Shown: one piece after another, positions 24,656-36,807 of the stretch
Layout of the letters: each line of letters starts with the position of its first letter
How positions within the stretch are numbered: position 1 is the stretch's first letter
From: an uncultured beta proteobacterium
GTDB taxonomy: Bacteria > Pseudomonadota > Gammaproteobacteria > Burkholderiales > Nitrosomonadaceae
Direction of reading: 5' to 3'
Length of the DNA: 64,000 bases
Assembly: GCA_963850515.1 (NCBI GenBank)
Contig: CAWKMH010000033.1
Location: 3,665-67,664, forward strand
Position numbers and translations under genes: made by a program
The notes under the pieces: generated by a model
Databases searched by the model: none
Told to the model about the DNA's origin: nothing
What the model saw: the letters and a program-made list of their open reading frames with translations, nothing else

Positions 24656-27193
24656 ATGGGTAAAACATTAATGATCGCCGAAAAGCCTTCTGTCGCCGCC
24701 GATATTGCACGTGTCCTGGGCGGATTCAGCAACATACCGACTATTTCGAGAGCGATAAATATGTGTTGTCTTCAGCTGTGGGGCACCTGCTTGAGCTGGT
24801 CGGTTCCGGAACAATACGAGGTAAAACGCGGAAAGTGGAGTTTTGCCAATTTGCCTATTATCCCGCCGCATTTTGATCTCAATCCCATCGAGAAAACGGA
24901 ATCGCGGCTAAAGCTCTTAACCAAGCTTATCAGGCGCAAAGATGTAGATTCCCTTATCAACGCATGCGACGCAGGGCGTGAAGGGAGCTGATCTTCCATT
25001 ATATTGCCCGCCATGCTGGAAACAAAAAACCGGTAAAGCGACTTTGGTTACAATCCATGACACCGGCCTCGATTTCGGGAAGGGTTTACCAAATTACTCG
25101 ATGATGAAGCCGTACAGCCGCTGGCGGAGGCAGCTGTAAGTCGCTCCGAAGCCGACTGGCTAGTAGGCATCAATGGTACTCGCGCGATGACCGCATTCAA
25201 TTCGCAGGAAGGCGGGTTCCATAAAACCACCGTAGGCCGGGTACAAACGCCTACATTGGCAATTATCATCGAACGGGAAGATATCATTAAGAAATTCGTT
25301 TCCCGCGATTATTGGGAGATCCATGCCACGTTTGCCGCAAGCGCGGGAAAATATAACGGGCGCTGGCTGGACGAGAAGTTTACCAAAGACAAAAAGGATA
25401 GTGAGCAAAAAGCCGAGCGGTTATGGGATCAGGAAAGTGCCGAGATTATTCGCGCCAAATGCCAGGGTAAACCCGGTGTCGTCAGCGAAGAAAGCAAGCC
25501 CACTACGGAAATCTGCCCGCTGCTGTATGATCTTACCAGTTTGCAGCGCGACGCCAACGGGCGCTTCGGTTTTTCTGCCAAAACAACACTTGGGCTGGCT
25601 CAGGCGTTATACGAAAAGCATAAAGCGCTCACATATCCGCGTACTGACTCGCGAGCATTGCCGGAAGACTACGTCATGACCGTCAAGGATGTGCTCGGTT
25701 CGCTTGAGAAAACCCGCTATGGTATTTTTGCCAAGCAGATTCTCAAAGCGGACTGGGTGAAGCCCAACAAGCGAATATTCAACAACGGAAAGATTTCCGA
25801 TCATTTCGCCATCATCCCGACTTCCCTCGAGCCCAGCGGGCTGAATGAAGCCGAAGCAAAGATTTACGACCTCGTCACTAAGCGTTTCCTCGCAATTTTT
25901 TTCCCTGCTGCCGAATTTCTCGTGACTACCCGCATTACGCGTGTCGAGAACGAGCCGTTCAAAACAGAAGGTAAGGTAATGGTCAATCCCGGTTGGCAGG
26001 CGGTTTACGGCAAAGACGTGCAAGCTGCCGGCGCGGAGGGTGACTCGACATTGGTTAAACTGAATCCGGGTGAGGCGGTTCTTGCCGAAGAGGTTAGGGT
26101 TATTTCCAATCACACTCGGCCGCCGGCGAGATTCAATGAAGCGACGCTGCTGTCAGCCATGGAGGGTGCCGGTAAACTTGTGGAAGACGAGGAACTGCGA
26201 GAAGCCATGAGTGCAAAAGGCCTGGGTACGCCCGCAACCCGCGCATCGATCATAGAAGGTCTGGTATCGGAAAATTACATGCAGCGTGTGGGGCGGGAAC
26301 TGCATCCCACGGCCAAGGCGTTTTCGTTGATCACCTTATTGCGTGGATTGAAGGTACCAGAACTCACCTCACCGGAACTGACTGGCAATTGGGAATTCAA
26401 ACTACGCCAGATCGAGCAGGGCAAACTCAAGCGTAACAATTTCATGGAAGAGATCGCCGGCATGACGAGCCATATCGTGGAACAGGCGAAGAGTCATCGC
26501 GGGGAAACCATCAGCGGCGACTTTTCCACGCTTGAATCGCCTTGTCCAAAATGTGGTGGTATCGTGCAGGAAACCTACAAAAAATTTCAGTGCCGGAAAT
26601 GTGATTTTGCATTATGGAAAATTCTTGCAGGGCGGCAATTTGAAACAGCTGAAATGGAACAACTGATCACCCGGCGCGAGGTGGGTCCACTACAGGGGTT
26701 TCGAAGCAAGATGGGGCGGTTGTTCAATGCCAACGTCAAACTTACTGATGAGTTTGAAATGAAATTCGACTTTGGCGAGGATACGGAAGAGGATGCGGAG
26801 GAGCTTGATTTTACCGGACAGGAACCGTTGGGAAAATGCCCCCGCTGTGGCGGCAGGGTATTCGACCACGGGATGAGTTATGCATGCGAGAAGGCTTTGG
26901 GCTCAGCGCGTACTTGCAATTTCAAGACAGGTAAAATAATCCTCACTCGTCCTATTGAACGCGAACAAGTCGTCAAGCTGTTGCACAGCGGTAAAACAGA
27001 TTTGCTATCAAAGTTCATTTCAAAGAAGGGAAGACCCTTTTCGGCTTACCTGGTCATCGGTGCGGGCGGAAAAGTGGGGTTCGAGTTTGAGCCGAGAAAT
27101 ACAAAGCAAAAAACCGCAACACCCACTATGGAAGCAAAAATCGCAAAACCGAAAACCCGTGGCCGTTCGTCAAAAGATTCTCTCGCCGGGTAA
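24656..27193 (+). CDS. topB: DNA topoisomerase III (frameshifts near 5' end)
   Basis: IAEKPSVA, NACDAGREG, GRVQTPTL, TYPRTDSR, GLGTPATRA and C-terminal zinc-ribbon repeats. Confidence 0.93.
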
Positions 27194-27311
27194 AAATGAG
27201 TCTTGGGATGTGGATAGGGTGGATTTTGGCCCCGTCATCGTACACTTACGCTTTCGGTTTTCTCATTTGTCAGAGCGATTCTCCTGGCGGTCATACCTTG
27301 GAGCGCCGCCT

Positions 27312-27563
27312 TTAAGGCGCCGTAGCCTGGTGTTTTTCGATATAGGAAATAATATCTCCGACACTGCTGAATCCCTTTGCTTCCTCACTGTCGAAATTGA
27401 TCCCGAAAGCATCTTCAGCATCGAACAAAAGCTGAATCGTATCCATGGAGTCAAGCCCGAGCTCTTCAAATTTTGAAGACCTGTTTATCGTGGATGCATC
27501 CAGATTCTCAGCTTTTGTAGCGATAAACTGTATGACCTTCGTTTCGATATCTGCTGTGTCCAT
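27312..27563 (-). CDS. Acyl carrier protein (stand-alone paralogue)
   Basis: Acidic 83-aa protein with LGLDSMD phosphopantetheine site, EDAFGI and SVGDII. Confidence 0.9.
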   Translation of the reverse strand: MDTADIETKVIQFIATKAENLDASTINRSSKFEELGLDSMDTIQLLFDAEDAFGINFDSEEAKGFSSVGDIISYIEKHQATAP

Positions 27564-27580
27564 CTAATCTCTTCCTTCGT

Positions 27581-28798
27581 TCACGGGTTTGTGAAAATGA
27601 TGCTCGCATTGTTGCCCCCAAATCCGAAAGCATTGCATAGGCCGGTACGGGGGTTTTTTTGTTGTGCGCGGTTTGGCGTGTAATCGAGATCACACTCCGG
27701 ATCAGCCTCGTCAAGATTGATGGTCGGATGTATCGTGCCAGTGTGAAGCGCCATGATGGTGGCAATGCTGCCGATAGCCGCCGAAGCGCCAATCGAATGC
27801 CCAACCATTGACTTGGTTGCGCTAATGGCAATATCCCCGGCCCGGTTTCCAAAAACATGTTTAATAGCCCGGGTTTCCACGATATCTCCAAGCGGGGTGG
27901 ACGTTGCGTGCGCATTGATATGGTCGATGGAATCAGGTTTTAGGCCGGCGTCCTGGATAGCCGCTTGCATCGTCGATATCTGACCCTCGATGTCAGGCAT
28001 TACAATATGCTTGGCGTCGCATGCTTGCCCAAAACCAGCGAGTTGCGCGTATATTTTTGCCCCCCGGCGTATGGCCTGTTCTTCCCTCTCCAGAATGAGT
28101 ATCCCGGCACCCTCGGACATGACGAAACCTGCCCGGCTCCTGGCGAAAGGCCGTGATGCGCCCTCCGGGTCGTTATTGGAACTGGTAGTTAACGCATGCA
28201 ATATTTCAAAGCTCGTCATGGTCAACGGCAATACGCAGGCTTCCGCACCGCCGGCAACGACGGCGTCGGCTCTCCCGGCACGCAAGAGATCGAGTGCCAT
28301 GCCGATCGCATTGGCTCCGGATGAGCACGCTGTGCTGCAAGTCAGATTGACTCCTTTCAGCCCATGTTTGATTGCGACCCACGCAGCCGCGGAGTTTGCC
28401 ATCGTTCGAGGTACCGTGAAAGGAGGTACCGGCTGATTCTGGAACCTGCGCGTGGCAGAAGATTCAAACGTGCCGAACCCGCCCATTCCCGACCCTATGC
28501 TTACCGCCACTCGTTGTGGTGCATAGGTATCGAGTTTACCCGCATCTTCAAGAGCGAGATTGGCAGCAAGCAGCGCCAGTTGCGCAAATCTGTCCGTTTG
28601 ATCTATGTATTTGGCCGAGAGAAAGGTCGCGGGATCAAAACCGGCCACTTCCCCGGCTATTTGCGAACGCTGCTTGGACGCATCGAAGGCGCTGATTCTT
28701 TTAATCCCGCTCACGCCATTGACCGCTGCCGACCAAAACTGGTCAGTGCCTATGCCAATCGGAGAAACAATCCCCATTCCCGTAACGACTATACGCAT
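27581..28798 (-). CDS. fabF: Beta-ketoacyl-ACP synthase II (FabF-like)
   Basis: Cys-His-His triad TACSSG, INAHATST, KSMVGH; C-terminal NAFGFGGNN. Confidence 0.88.
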   Translation of the reverse strand: MRIVVTGMGIVSPIGIGTDQFWSAAVNGVSGIKRISAFDASKQRSQIAGEVAGFDPATFLSAKYIDQTDRFAQLALLAANLALEDAGKLDTYAPQRVAVSIGSGMGGFGTFESSATRRFQNQPVPPFTVPRTMANSAAAWVAIKHGLKGVNLTCSTACSSGANAIGMALDLLRAGRADAVVAGGAEACVLPLTMTSFEILHALTTSSNNDPEGASRPFARSRAGFVMSEGAGILILEREEQAIRRGAKIYAQLAGFGQACDAKHIVMPDIEGQISTMQAAIQDAGLKPDSIDHINAHATSTPLGDIVETRAIKHVFGNRAGDIAISATKSMVGHSIGASAAIGSIATIMALHTGTIHPTINLDEADPECDLDYTPNRAQQKNPRTGLCNAFGFGGNNASIIFTNP

Positions 28799-28942
28799 AC
28801 GTAACCAGAATGACTCATAAAGAAATTCAGGAACACCAGGCTTTTCCGAAAACCTGAGGCGGTAGGAAGACTTGCTTTGGCAGCGGTCAGCTTTTCCTGT
28901 CTGCTCGCCCCGGCATTCTTCAGTCCGAGCGTAAATCTGGCC

Positions 28943-29197
28943 TTACTGTGCATTAAACATCATGGGGAACAGGTATCTCAATATGCCTCCCATGATCCAG
29001 ATAAGAAGTATTAAACTTGAGATTACAGCCCCTCCTTCGATAAGTGCCGAAAGGAGTGTCCCTCCCAGGCTGTCGAATTCCTGCTGCCCATCTTCATTAC
29101 GCCGGCCCAGGCGGCGCTTTTTCACCCATACCTGCATTCCGATGACAACCGGAATAAGGGCGAGGGCAATTAGCAGATTATATTCAGGAGTGCCCAT
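28943..29197 (-). CDS. Small two-TM hypothetical membrane protein
   Basis: Two hydrophobic stretches around a basic loop (KKRR); GGAAGG RBS-like sequence upstream; co-oriented with fabF. Confidence 0.6.
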   Translation of the reverse strand: MGTPEYNLLIALALIPVVIGMQVWVKKRRLGRRNEDGQQEFDSLGGTLLSALIEGGAVISSLILLIWIMGGILRYLFPMMFNAQ

Positions 29198-29698
29198 TAA
29201 TAATTAACCTTCCATAAATTATTGCTACAGAAATCTTCAGGTGGGTAGCGTTCCTTTTCTGTCCATGCATCGGCAAAAACCGATGACGCATCAACAGCGC
29301 TTCTTTGACGCTGCTCGCCGGCTAATCAAGCTGTTGCCACAAATGATGGTAAATCCCATAATGGTAACGTTCGCTATTTATATCGCCTAACGACCTTATC
29401 CATAATCAGAGTCCATTATGTCTAATGCGTACTCCGCCACGCAGTAAATTATTGAAATCCGTGCCACGTTTCAAACCAGCAATTATAATATGATACGACA
29501 TCAACGTGTCGAGTTAACGAACTTTTGCCTTGGCCTGTCACTCAACTTGACACCGCGCGCTGAGGTTCAGCGGATTTCATCCAAATACGATTACAACAAA
29601 AGGGATATTGCCACATTCCGTGCAGAGTGAATCAAATTTGTTTTCTCTTGGGCTGGACATTATTTTAGCGAACTACTCGCATCCGTCGACGCTATCTC

Positions 29699-30849
29699 AT
29701 GGATGATTCCTCCCAGCCAGCCTGCCTGGCGGTCATCGCCCGTCCGGTTAAGAGTCAAATGACATTGGCGTATTTATTGATGTTCCTTGGCGCATTTACA
29801 TCGATGACCCCATGTGGGTGCCGCCATTACGCCTGGAGCGACGGTTTCATTTTTCAAGATTCAACCCATTCTTCAAGCATGGTGAATGGCAGGCGTGGAT
29901 CGCATACCGGAATAACCAGCCCGTGGGAAGGATCAGTGCTCAAATTGATCAGCTTCATCGGCAGCGCTATGGCCCAGAAACGGGTCATTTCGGATTGTTC
30001 GAGTGTATAGATGATGTGGAAGTGGCCGCAGTATTGATGCGTGCTGCTGAGGAATGGTTGGCTGCGCGACATACCAGGCACGTAACCGGGCCATTCAATT
30101 TATCCATTAATCAGGAGTGCGGCGTCCTGGTGGATGGTTTCGATACACCCCCGATGGTCATGATGCCGCATTCGCGTCGGTGGTATGGCCGGTTACTCGA
30201 AGAACAGGGCTACCAGCCAGTAAAAGATCTGCTTGCCTACTGGGTGGAGGTGGACTTTAAAGTGCCCCGCTTGATGAGCGCCTTGATCGCAAAGTTTTCG
30301 GATCAGGTACGCTTGAGGCCACTACGCCGCGACAAATTTAGCGAGGAAATGGAAATACTGCGTGATATATTCAACGATGCCTGGTCGGAAAACTGGGGAT
30401 TCGTTCCTTTCACCAAGGCTGAGTTTGCCGAACTCGGTACCAGCCTTCGCTTGCTCGTACCCGATGATTGCATTCAGATTGCCGAGGTAGATGGCGTTCC
30501 ATCCGCATTCATGGTGGCATTGCCGAACCTTAACGAAATTTTCGCCGAGCTTGACGGAAGCCTGTTCCCGTTTGGCTGGGTCAAGCTGAGCAGGATAAAA
30601 TCCAGAGGGGCGGTACGCACGGGCCGGATACCTTTGATGGGGGTGCGCAAGCAGTTCCATAATACGCCGCTCGGCATGGCGCTGGCTTTTATGGTAATCG
30701 ACGCGCCCAAGAAGCTGGCGCGCGCAGTGGGCGTTCAGGCGGTTGAATTGTCATGGATACTCGAGGATAACAAACCCATGCGCGCGGTTCTGGATAGCTT
30801 GGGCTGCCGGGAGTATAAGCGTTATCGCATCTATGGAAAAACGTTGTGA
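29699..30849 (+). CDS. GNAT (YghO-like) acyltransferase; probable bacterial ceramide synthase bCerS (one frameshift near 5' end)
   Basis: PWRIY.DDP.WVPPL, GRISAQID, GHFG, GPFNLSINQECG, FNDAWSENWGFVP and ELSWILEDN; clustered with cpgABC-like genes. Confidence 0.78.
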
Positions 30850-30883
30850 TGAACGCACCCCAACGGCAAATCAGGGACTCAAG

Positions 30884-31723
30884 ATGAAAACGGATCAGTT
30901 TATCGCGCTGGTGCTGGCGGCGGATCGCGCTGCCAATGATCCCGTCGCGGGTAAAACCGGCGTGGCCTGCAAGGCAATCGCACCCATTTGCGGCACGCCA
31001 ATGATCATCCGCGTATTGGATGCGCTGGAAGCCAGCGATATGGTGAAAACAATCGTCATACTGGGTCCGCCGGCATCTATTCTCCCCGACTGCCCTGAGC
31101 TGGAGGACCGGATTAAATGCGGGCGCGTTATCTGGCTGCCGAATCTTGATTCCCCCAGTCGAAGCGCGAACAGCGGTCTCGAACAGATTGATCAGGATGC
31201 GCCGGTCTTGCTGACGACAGCGGATCACGCATTACTGACGCCTTCTATCGTGCAGTATTTTTTAAGCAAATCGCTAACGGCACACAGCGATGCAACGGTA
31301 GGCGTGGTCAAGCATGAAGATGTCGCGGCCGCATTTCCCGGCGTAAAACGAACCGTAATACGACTGCAGGATGGCGGGGTCTGTGGTTGCAACCTTTATG
31401 CGTTTCTCAATCATCGGGGAAGGGGCCTGGTTTCGTTCTGGCAGCGTGCGGAAGAGTTGCGCAAACGCCCGTGGCTACTCATCTCCCGCACTTTTGGGTT
31501 CATGACGGTCCTTTCCTATTTGCTGGGGATATTGACAGTTGATAAGGGATTGAAAGCGGTTTTAGCAAAAACCGGCATCAAAGTGCGGCCGGTGTTTTTG
31601 CCGTACCCGCAGGCTGGCGTTGATGTCGATAAGGTTGAAGATATGCTGCTTGTGGAATCCGTTCTGGCGGGAGCGGCACCGCTTGCTCAAGAGCAGGCAG
31701 ATTCGCATGACCTTATCCCCTAG
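30884..31723 (+). CDS. MobA-like NTP transferase of the type found beside bCerS
   Basis: ALVLAADR, KAIAPI, LLTTADHALL, GCNLY, RKRPW and DVDKVED. Confidence 0.75.
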   Translation: MKTDQFIALVLAADRAANDPVAGKTGVACKAIAPICGTPMIIRVLDALEASDMVKTIVILGPPASILPDCPELEDRIKCGRVIWLPNLDSPSRSANSGLEQIDQDAPVLLTTADHALLTPSIVQYFLSKSLTAHSDATVGVVKHEDVAAAFPGVKRTVIRLQDGGVCGCNLYAFLNHRGRGLVSFWQRAEELRKRPWLLISRTFGFMTVLSYLLGILTVDKGLKAVLAKTGIKVRPVFLPYPQAGVDVDKVEDMLLVESVLAGAAPLAQEQADSHDLIP

Positions 31724-31762
31724 CCTTAAAGGCTGTCTCATTACATAGCGGCAAAGAAATCC

Positions 31763-32847
31763 GTGAAGATAATCGATCGATACATCACGCGGGAATTGTT
31801 GATGCCGTTTACGGTAATAGCCGTGATCCTGTCGACATTGTTTTCGAGTTTCAGCAGTGCCAATTTTCTGGCCGGGGCAATGTCGGAGTCGCTCGGCGTT
31901 GGCGCCATGCTGAAGGTCGTGCTGCTTAAGACGGTGATCGCATTGGAAGTGCTGATGCCGATTTCCTTGTATGTCGCGGTAGTCATGGGGCTTGGGCGTT
32001 TATATAGAGACCAGGAAATCAGCGTCTTACGTTCCGCCGGTGTCAGCGAAAATCGCATAATCTTTGCTGTTCTTATCGTTGCCATTCCTGTGGGAATTGC
32101 CAGCGGACTTTTTTCCGTATTCGTGCGTCCATGGGCATATGAAGAAAGTTACATGATGAGTGCCCAGGCAGAGGCGGAATTGAACATGGATCGATTCCAG
32201 GCTGGGCGTTTTTACGGGAGCGAGGGCAAAGCAAGAATGGCAGAGTGGTTTACATTCAGTCCAAGGATAGCGCCGGTAAGCAAATGAAAGATGTATTCCA
32301 CTACATGAATAAAGATGGAATCAGCGAGATTATAGTGGCCAAGGAGGCCTATCAGCAGGAGCCCATAGCGGGCCAACGGCCCCAGATACATTTGCTGGAC
32401 GGTTCCATTTACCGGCTCATGCATTCAGGAACGAAGGATACTGTCGTCCACTTCGAAAAATTGGTCTATTTTACCGATAGCGGAAATAACTGAATTACAG
32501 ACGAAAGGCGACGCCACGGCGACGTTGATGGAATCCGATCAGCCGCGTGATATTGCCGAATTCCAATGGCGGATTTCGCGTCCTATGGCTACGATTCTCC
32601 TGGCCCTTATCGCGGTGCCATTCAGCCGTACTTCCCCTCGTCAGGGAAAAAGTGAAAGGTCTTTTTATGGCGCAGCCGCCGTTTTCGCGATCTACTATAT
32701 CCTGAGTGGATTAGCCCAGACATGGGTCGAGCAGGGTACTATCAGCAGAGTACCCGGTGTCTGGTGGCTTTATATATTGATGGCCTGCTGTTTGCGTTCA
32801 GCCTGCTATCCACCGGGTTCCGGCAGAAGTTATTTCTGCGCAGATGA
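31763..32847 (+). CDS. lptF: LptF/YjgP-family permease (frameshifted)
   Basis: IIDRYITRE, GRLYRDQEISVLRSAGVS and AEFQWRISRP. Confidence 0.85.
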
Positions 32848-33911
32848 CGATAATCAATCGCTATCTGGCGTTCCAGATCGTCATGGGTCTGGGAATCGCT
32901 ACGGTGATACTCCTGCCGCTATTTGGTTTTCTTGACTTGCTGGATCAGCTTGGATGATGTCGGCAAGGGCACCTATCAGGTCAAGGACGCCTTCCTGAAT
33001 ACGGCCTTACTGTTGCCGCGCAGATTTATCCAGCTTGCGCCTTTCATCGTGTTGCTGGGTAATGTTGTCGCATTGGGTCGGCTGGCGGTCGGGTCAGAGT
33101 TGACAGCGTTGCGCGTGGCAGGTCTATCCCCAACCGGTATCAGCCTTGCTCCAGTTGCGGTTGGGTTGGTCTCTTTTATTGGTTACTATGGTACTGGATC
33201 AATTTGTCGCTCCCCAATTGCAGCAGAAGGCTATTTCGTCGCGGGCCGTTGCGCTTGAGAAGAGCGCCGCGCTTGGCAAGCAACTGGGTATCTGGACCCG
33301 GGACAAACGAAATATATTGCGTATCGGTGAAATGCTGCATGCGGGGAAAGCAGCAGATGTCGAGCTAATGCATTTTGACGACAATGGCTTTCTGCTAACC
33401 TATACCTACGCTAAATATGCAGTTTTCATCGATGGTGATCTGTGGGAATTTAACGACGTCACCACCAAAACTTTTACCGGAAACCAGATAAAATCCGCAA
33501 GCACAGAATTCGATGCAGTGGAAACCATTTCTGAATCCGGATGATATTTCGACGCTGACGAAGCCCCCGGAGAGTCTCTCGCCGATCGAGTTGTTTCTGC
33601 ATGTCCGTTTTTTACGCGCCACCGGTCAGGAGGCTGATGCTTATGCACTTGCCTTATGGCGGAAGGTCGGCGGCGCATTGACGACAATTGCAATGTTATT
33701 GCTTTCGATACCGTTTGTTTTCGGATCGGTACGGGCGGGCCTTGCCAACAGGCTTGTCGTTGCGTCCATGCTCGGTATCAGCGTCTACCTGTTCGATCAG
33801 ATTATTGCCAATGCGGGTTTGCTGCTGCACCTGAACCCGGCGCTAACCGCGCTATTGCCCGGGTTGGTGCTGATCGCTCTTGCGAGTTTCTGGTTGCGGC
33901 GAATTTTTTAA
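32844..33911 (+). CDS. lptG: LptG/YjgQ-family permease (frameshifted)
   Basis: MTIINRYL, LDDVGKGTY, GRLAVGSELTALRVAGLS and PFVFGSVR; ATGA overlap with lptF. Confidence 0.85.
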
Positions 33912-34141
33912 CCAAAATCTGGCAGTTGGACGGGGTGAAGTGAGCGGTTTTTGGGGTGCAGAGCAAGGCGGACGACGCGGAATGGTCATCACATTCAAAA
34001 AGTTGCAACGCAGCGCTGTGCCGCAAAAAACTGTTCAATCGCCCCGTAGCGAGCTCAAAAAGGTGATGCCCACGCGTATGAAAAATACTTTTCCGTTATA
34101 GCACCTAACCGACAAATAAGCGGTCAACTGCCGGATTTAGG
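33912..34141. mobile_element. 230-bp MITE of the same family as 17065-17195, with a long internal hairpin
   Basis: CCAAAATCTGGCAGTTGGACGG ... GCGGTCAACTGCCGGATTTAGG; flanks TTTAA / TTTAG; shares the internal CCCCGTAGCG motif. Confidence 0.72.
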
Positions 34142-34581
34142 TTTAGGGGTTTCTTGCTTATTTTCCGTCATTAGGTTAAAAGACCGCATCCATTTCTGAT
34201 CATCGCCGTGTTACCGATGCCGCAATCTGCGCAATTTCCCCAGCCAAACAAATATGAAAGATTTTAAGCAAGTCCCTCCTGGGCGCGAGGATGTCTCAGC
34301 GGCATCGTGAGAATAATGTCATCTTCAGGCAAGAGACGTAAATAGTGTCAGCCTGCCTCGCCTGGAGCCTGATCGAGCGTATCCCATTGCGCTAGTCTTC
34401 CTTCGGGTTTCGCTATCGGGCGTTCATTGCGTTTCACGTCTGGGCTTCTCAGGCCGATCCGCCGCCTTCATGTACGCTTTACGGTCTTTCCAGTTTTGGC
34501 CTGCTCGGTTGCGACTAAGCGCTCCGCAGAGGCTGTTCAAAATTTATAAAACAAGACCACAATCAGACAAATACCCGAAAT

Positions 34582-35815
34582 ATGTCAAAGCCAGTTTACA
34601 TCTATATCGTCGGCGATAGTGAGACGAATATCTGGGGCTTGAGCGGCCGCGAGCGCTTGCAGCGCATGTTAAAGCCCTCTTCGCAGACCCGGTTGGTCGA
34701 TGACCCCGAGCAGATTCCGGTGCATGCATCGGCATTGTTGCTTCGCGCGGATCATCTATTCGATGCCAGGGTATTGGCGGCGTTGATTAACGCAAAAACA
34801 AACCTTGTGCTCGGCAGCAACCAGGGTCAATCCGTCGCGATCCGGGTTATAGATGGTGATGTGCATCAGGTACTGGCGAATTTCGTGGAGGGTGGAGATG
34901 AGCGAACTTTTTCCGATTTTCCTCTTTATGCGCTGAAGGATCTCGATTTATCAAGCCTCCGGCAAAACCTCAAGAAAAGAGATCCTCCTTACGTTTTGCC
35001 GATCAACAATGATAACCGGCAAATGCTCGAATCCGAACTGTTTACAGAGATCTTACAAGGGGGTGACCGATCTCGTGACAAAATGGCTCTGGCCGGTTCC
35101 CGCATTCTGGACGGTACGCTTTTGCGTACGCTTCGGCATACGGCCCAATCACATTACACTGCTCAGTCTTGTGTTTGCCGTACTGGCCGGGGTTGCGTTC
35201 TGGCATAGCTACTATGGACTGGGTCTGGTGATGGGATGGCTGATGACCTTTCTGGACACCGTCGACGGAAAATTGGCGCGAGTCACTGTCACCTCAAGCC
35301 GCTTGGGGGATGTGCTCGATCACGGCCTGGATATCATTCATCCGCCGCTCTGGTATATTGCCTGGGGTGTGGGGTTGACCACAGCGATTAACGCCGCCAT
35401 TCACATCTGGCGGTATTGTTCTGGTTGATACTTATCGGTTATATTGGCGGCCGCTTGTGTGAAGGAGCATTCCAATTCTGGGTCGCGATCGTTTGATATC
35501 TTCATCTGGCGACCACTGGATTCTTTTAGTCGGCTCATCACTGCCCGGCGTAATCCCAACCTCATCCTGCTGACGTTCGGCTGGTTCATGGACAGGCCTG
35601 ATATTGGTCTCTGGTCGGTGGTTGCCTGGCATCTGGTCTCGACGGCATTTCTTGCTGTCCGGTTAGTGATGGGCTGGCAAGCACGGCGGTTTCAGGGTCC
35701 GTTACGATCATGGTTTGAGGAAATCGTGCCAGGGCGGGATGACGGAAAACTCGCTGTTCGTATTTTTGCCCCTTTAACGGTTAAGGTAAATGATAGAAAA
35801 GTCACGCATGGATAG
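34582..35815 (+). CDS. CDP-alcohol phosphotransferase with N-terminal extension (CpgA-like; frameshifted)
   Basis: YKGVTDLVTKWLWP, IRPNHIT, DTVDGKLAR..., LDHGLDIIHPPLWY and ITARRNPN. Confidence 0.8.
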
Positions 35816-36806
35816 ATTGAAGTCTGGAGCACCCGCGGTCGGGTTGCTTTTCAATCCTCTTAGCGGACGTATTCGCAAGCGCAAAGATGCAATAAGGCAA
35901 GCGCTTGCGGCGATTCCAGGCGCGGTCTGCAGGGAAGTGACCAACGCACCGGAGATTAATGCATCAGTGGATGCCTTTATGGATGCCGGTATCGATTTGC
36001 TGGTAATTGTTGGCGGAGACGGTACGGTGCAGGGCGTGTTATGCCACTTATTTGCCACGCAACCTCTTGCGAAGTGGCCCGCGTTAACGGTTGTGCCGGG
36101 GGGAACAACCAACATGACCGCTCTGGATCTTGGCATTTGCGGCAGCCCGGAGTCCATTCTTCAGCAGTTGAGGAACTATCTGCTGAAGCAGACACCTCCA
36201 TTGCTGTTGGAGCGCCATGTACTGTGCATTGAACAAAGCGGCGCGGCGAAGGTTTATGGAATGTTCTTCGGCGTCGGGACTTATTGCCCGGGCAGTAATA
36301 TTCTCCCAGAGCAAGATAAAACAATTAGGTATTACTGGCGAAATTTATTCAGCTATCATCACCGTTGGATACGTTAGCGGCTTGATTTTAGGGCGGCGGC
36401 AGCGGAGCATGGGCGCCGGTTCAGATGTCGATTATTGACAAGGATATTGAGTTGTACCGCGGAACCTTCGCGTTTCTCTTCGCAAGTACCCTCGATCGAT
36501 TGCTGTTCGGCATGCGTCCGTACTGGGGACAGGAGCAGGAACCGTTGCATGTCACGTTTGTCCGGCAGCAGCCAAAGCGCCCCTTACGCTCATTGTTTCA
36601 ATTACTTTCGGGTCGCGGAGACCTCCTCAAGGAAAAAAACGGCTATCACAGCTCCAATACCAAGGTGTTGGAGCTGCGGATGGATGACGTTTATATCGTC
36701 GATGGCGAATCCTACCGTGCGACGAGTCAAGATGGACCGTTGCGTATTACGCGCGGCGGGTCCGATCAGCTTTTTGGTGGCGGATAGCGCAAACGCAGAC
36801 TCATGA
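35808..36806 (+). CDS. Diacylglycerol/sphingosine kinase-family lipid kinase (CpgB-like ceramide kinase; frameshifted)
   Basis: FNPLSG, VGGDGT, PGGTTN, GMFFG and DGE motifs; coupled to the cpgA-like gene. Confidence 0.8.
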
Positions 36807-36807
36807 T

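Noticed and set aside
27312-28798. Type II PKS or aryl-polyene cluster
   Set aside because: No chain-length factor, ketoreductase, dehydratase or cyclase lies nearby.
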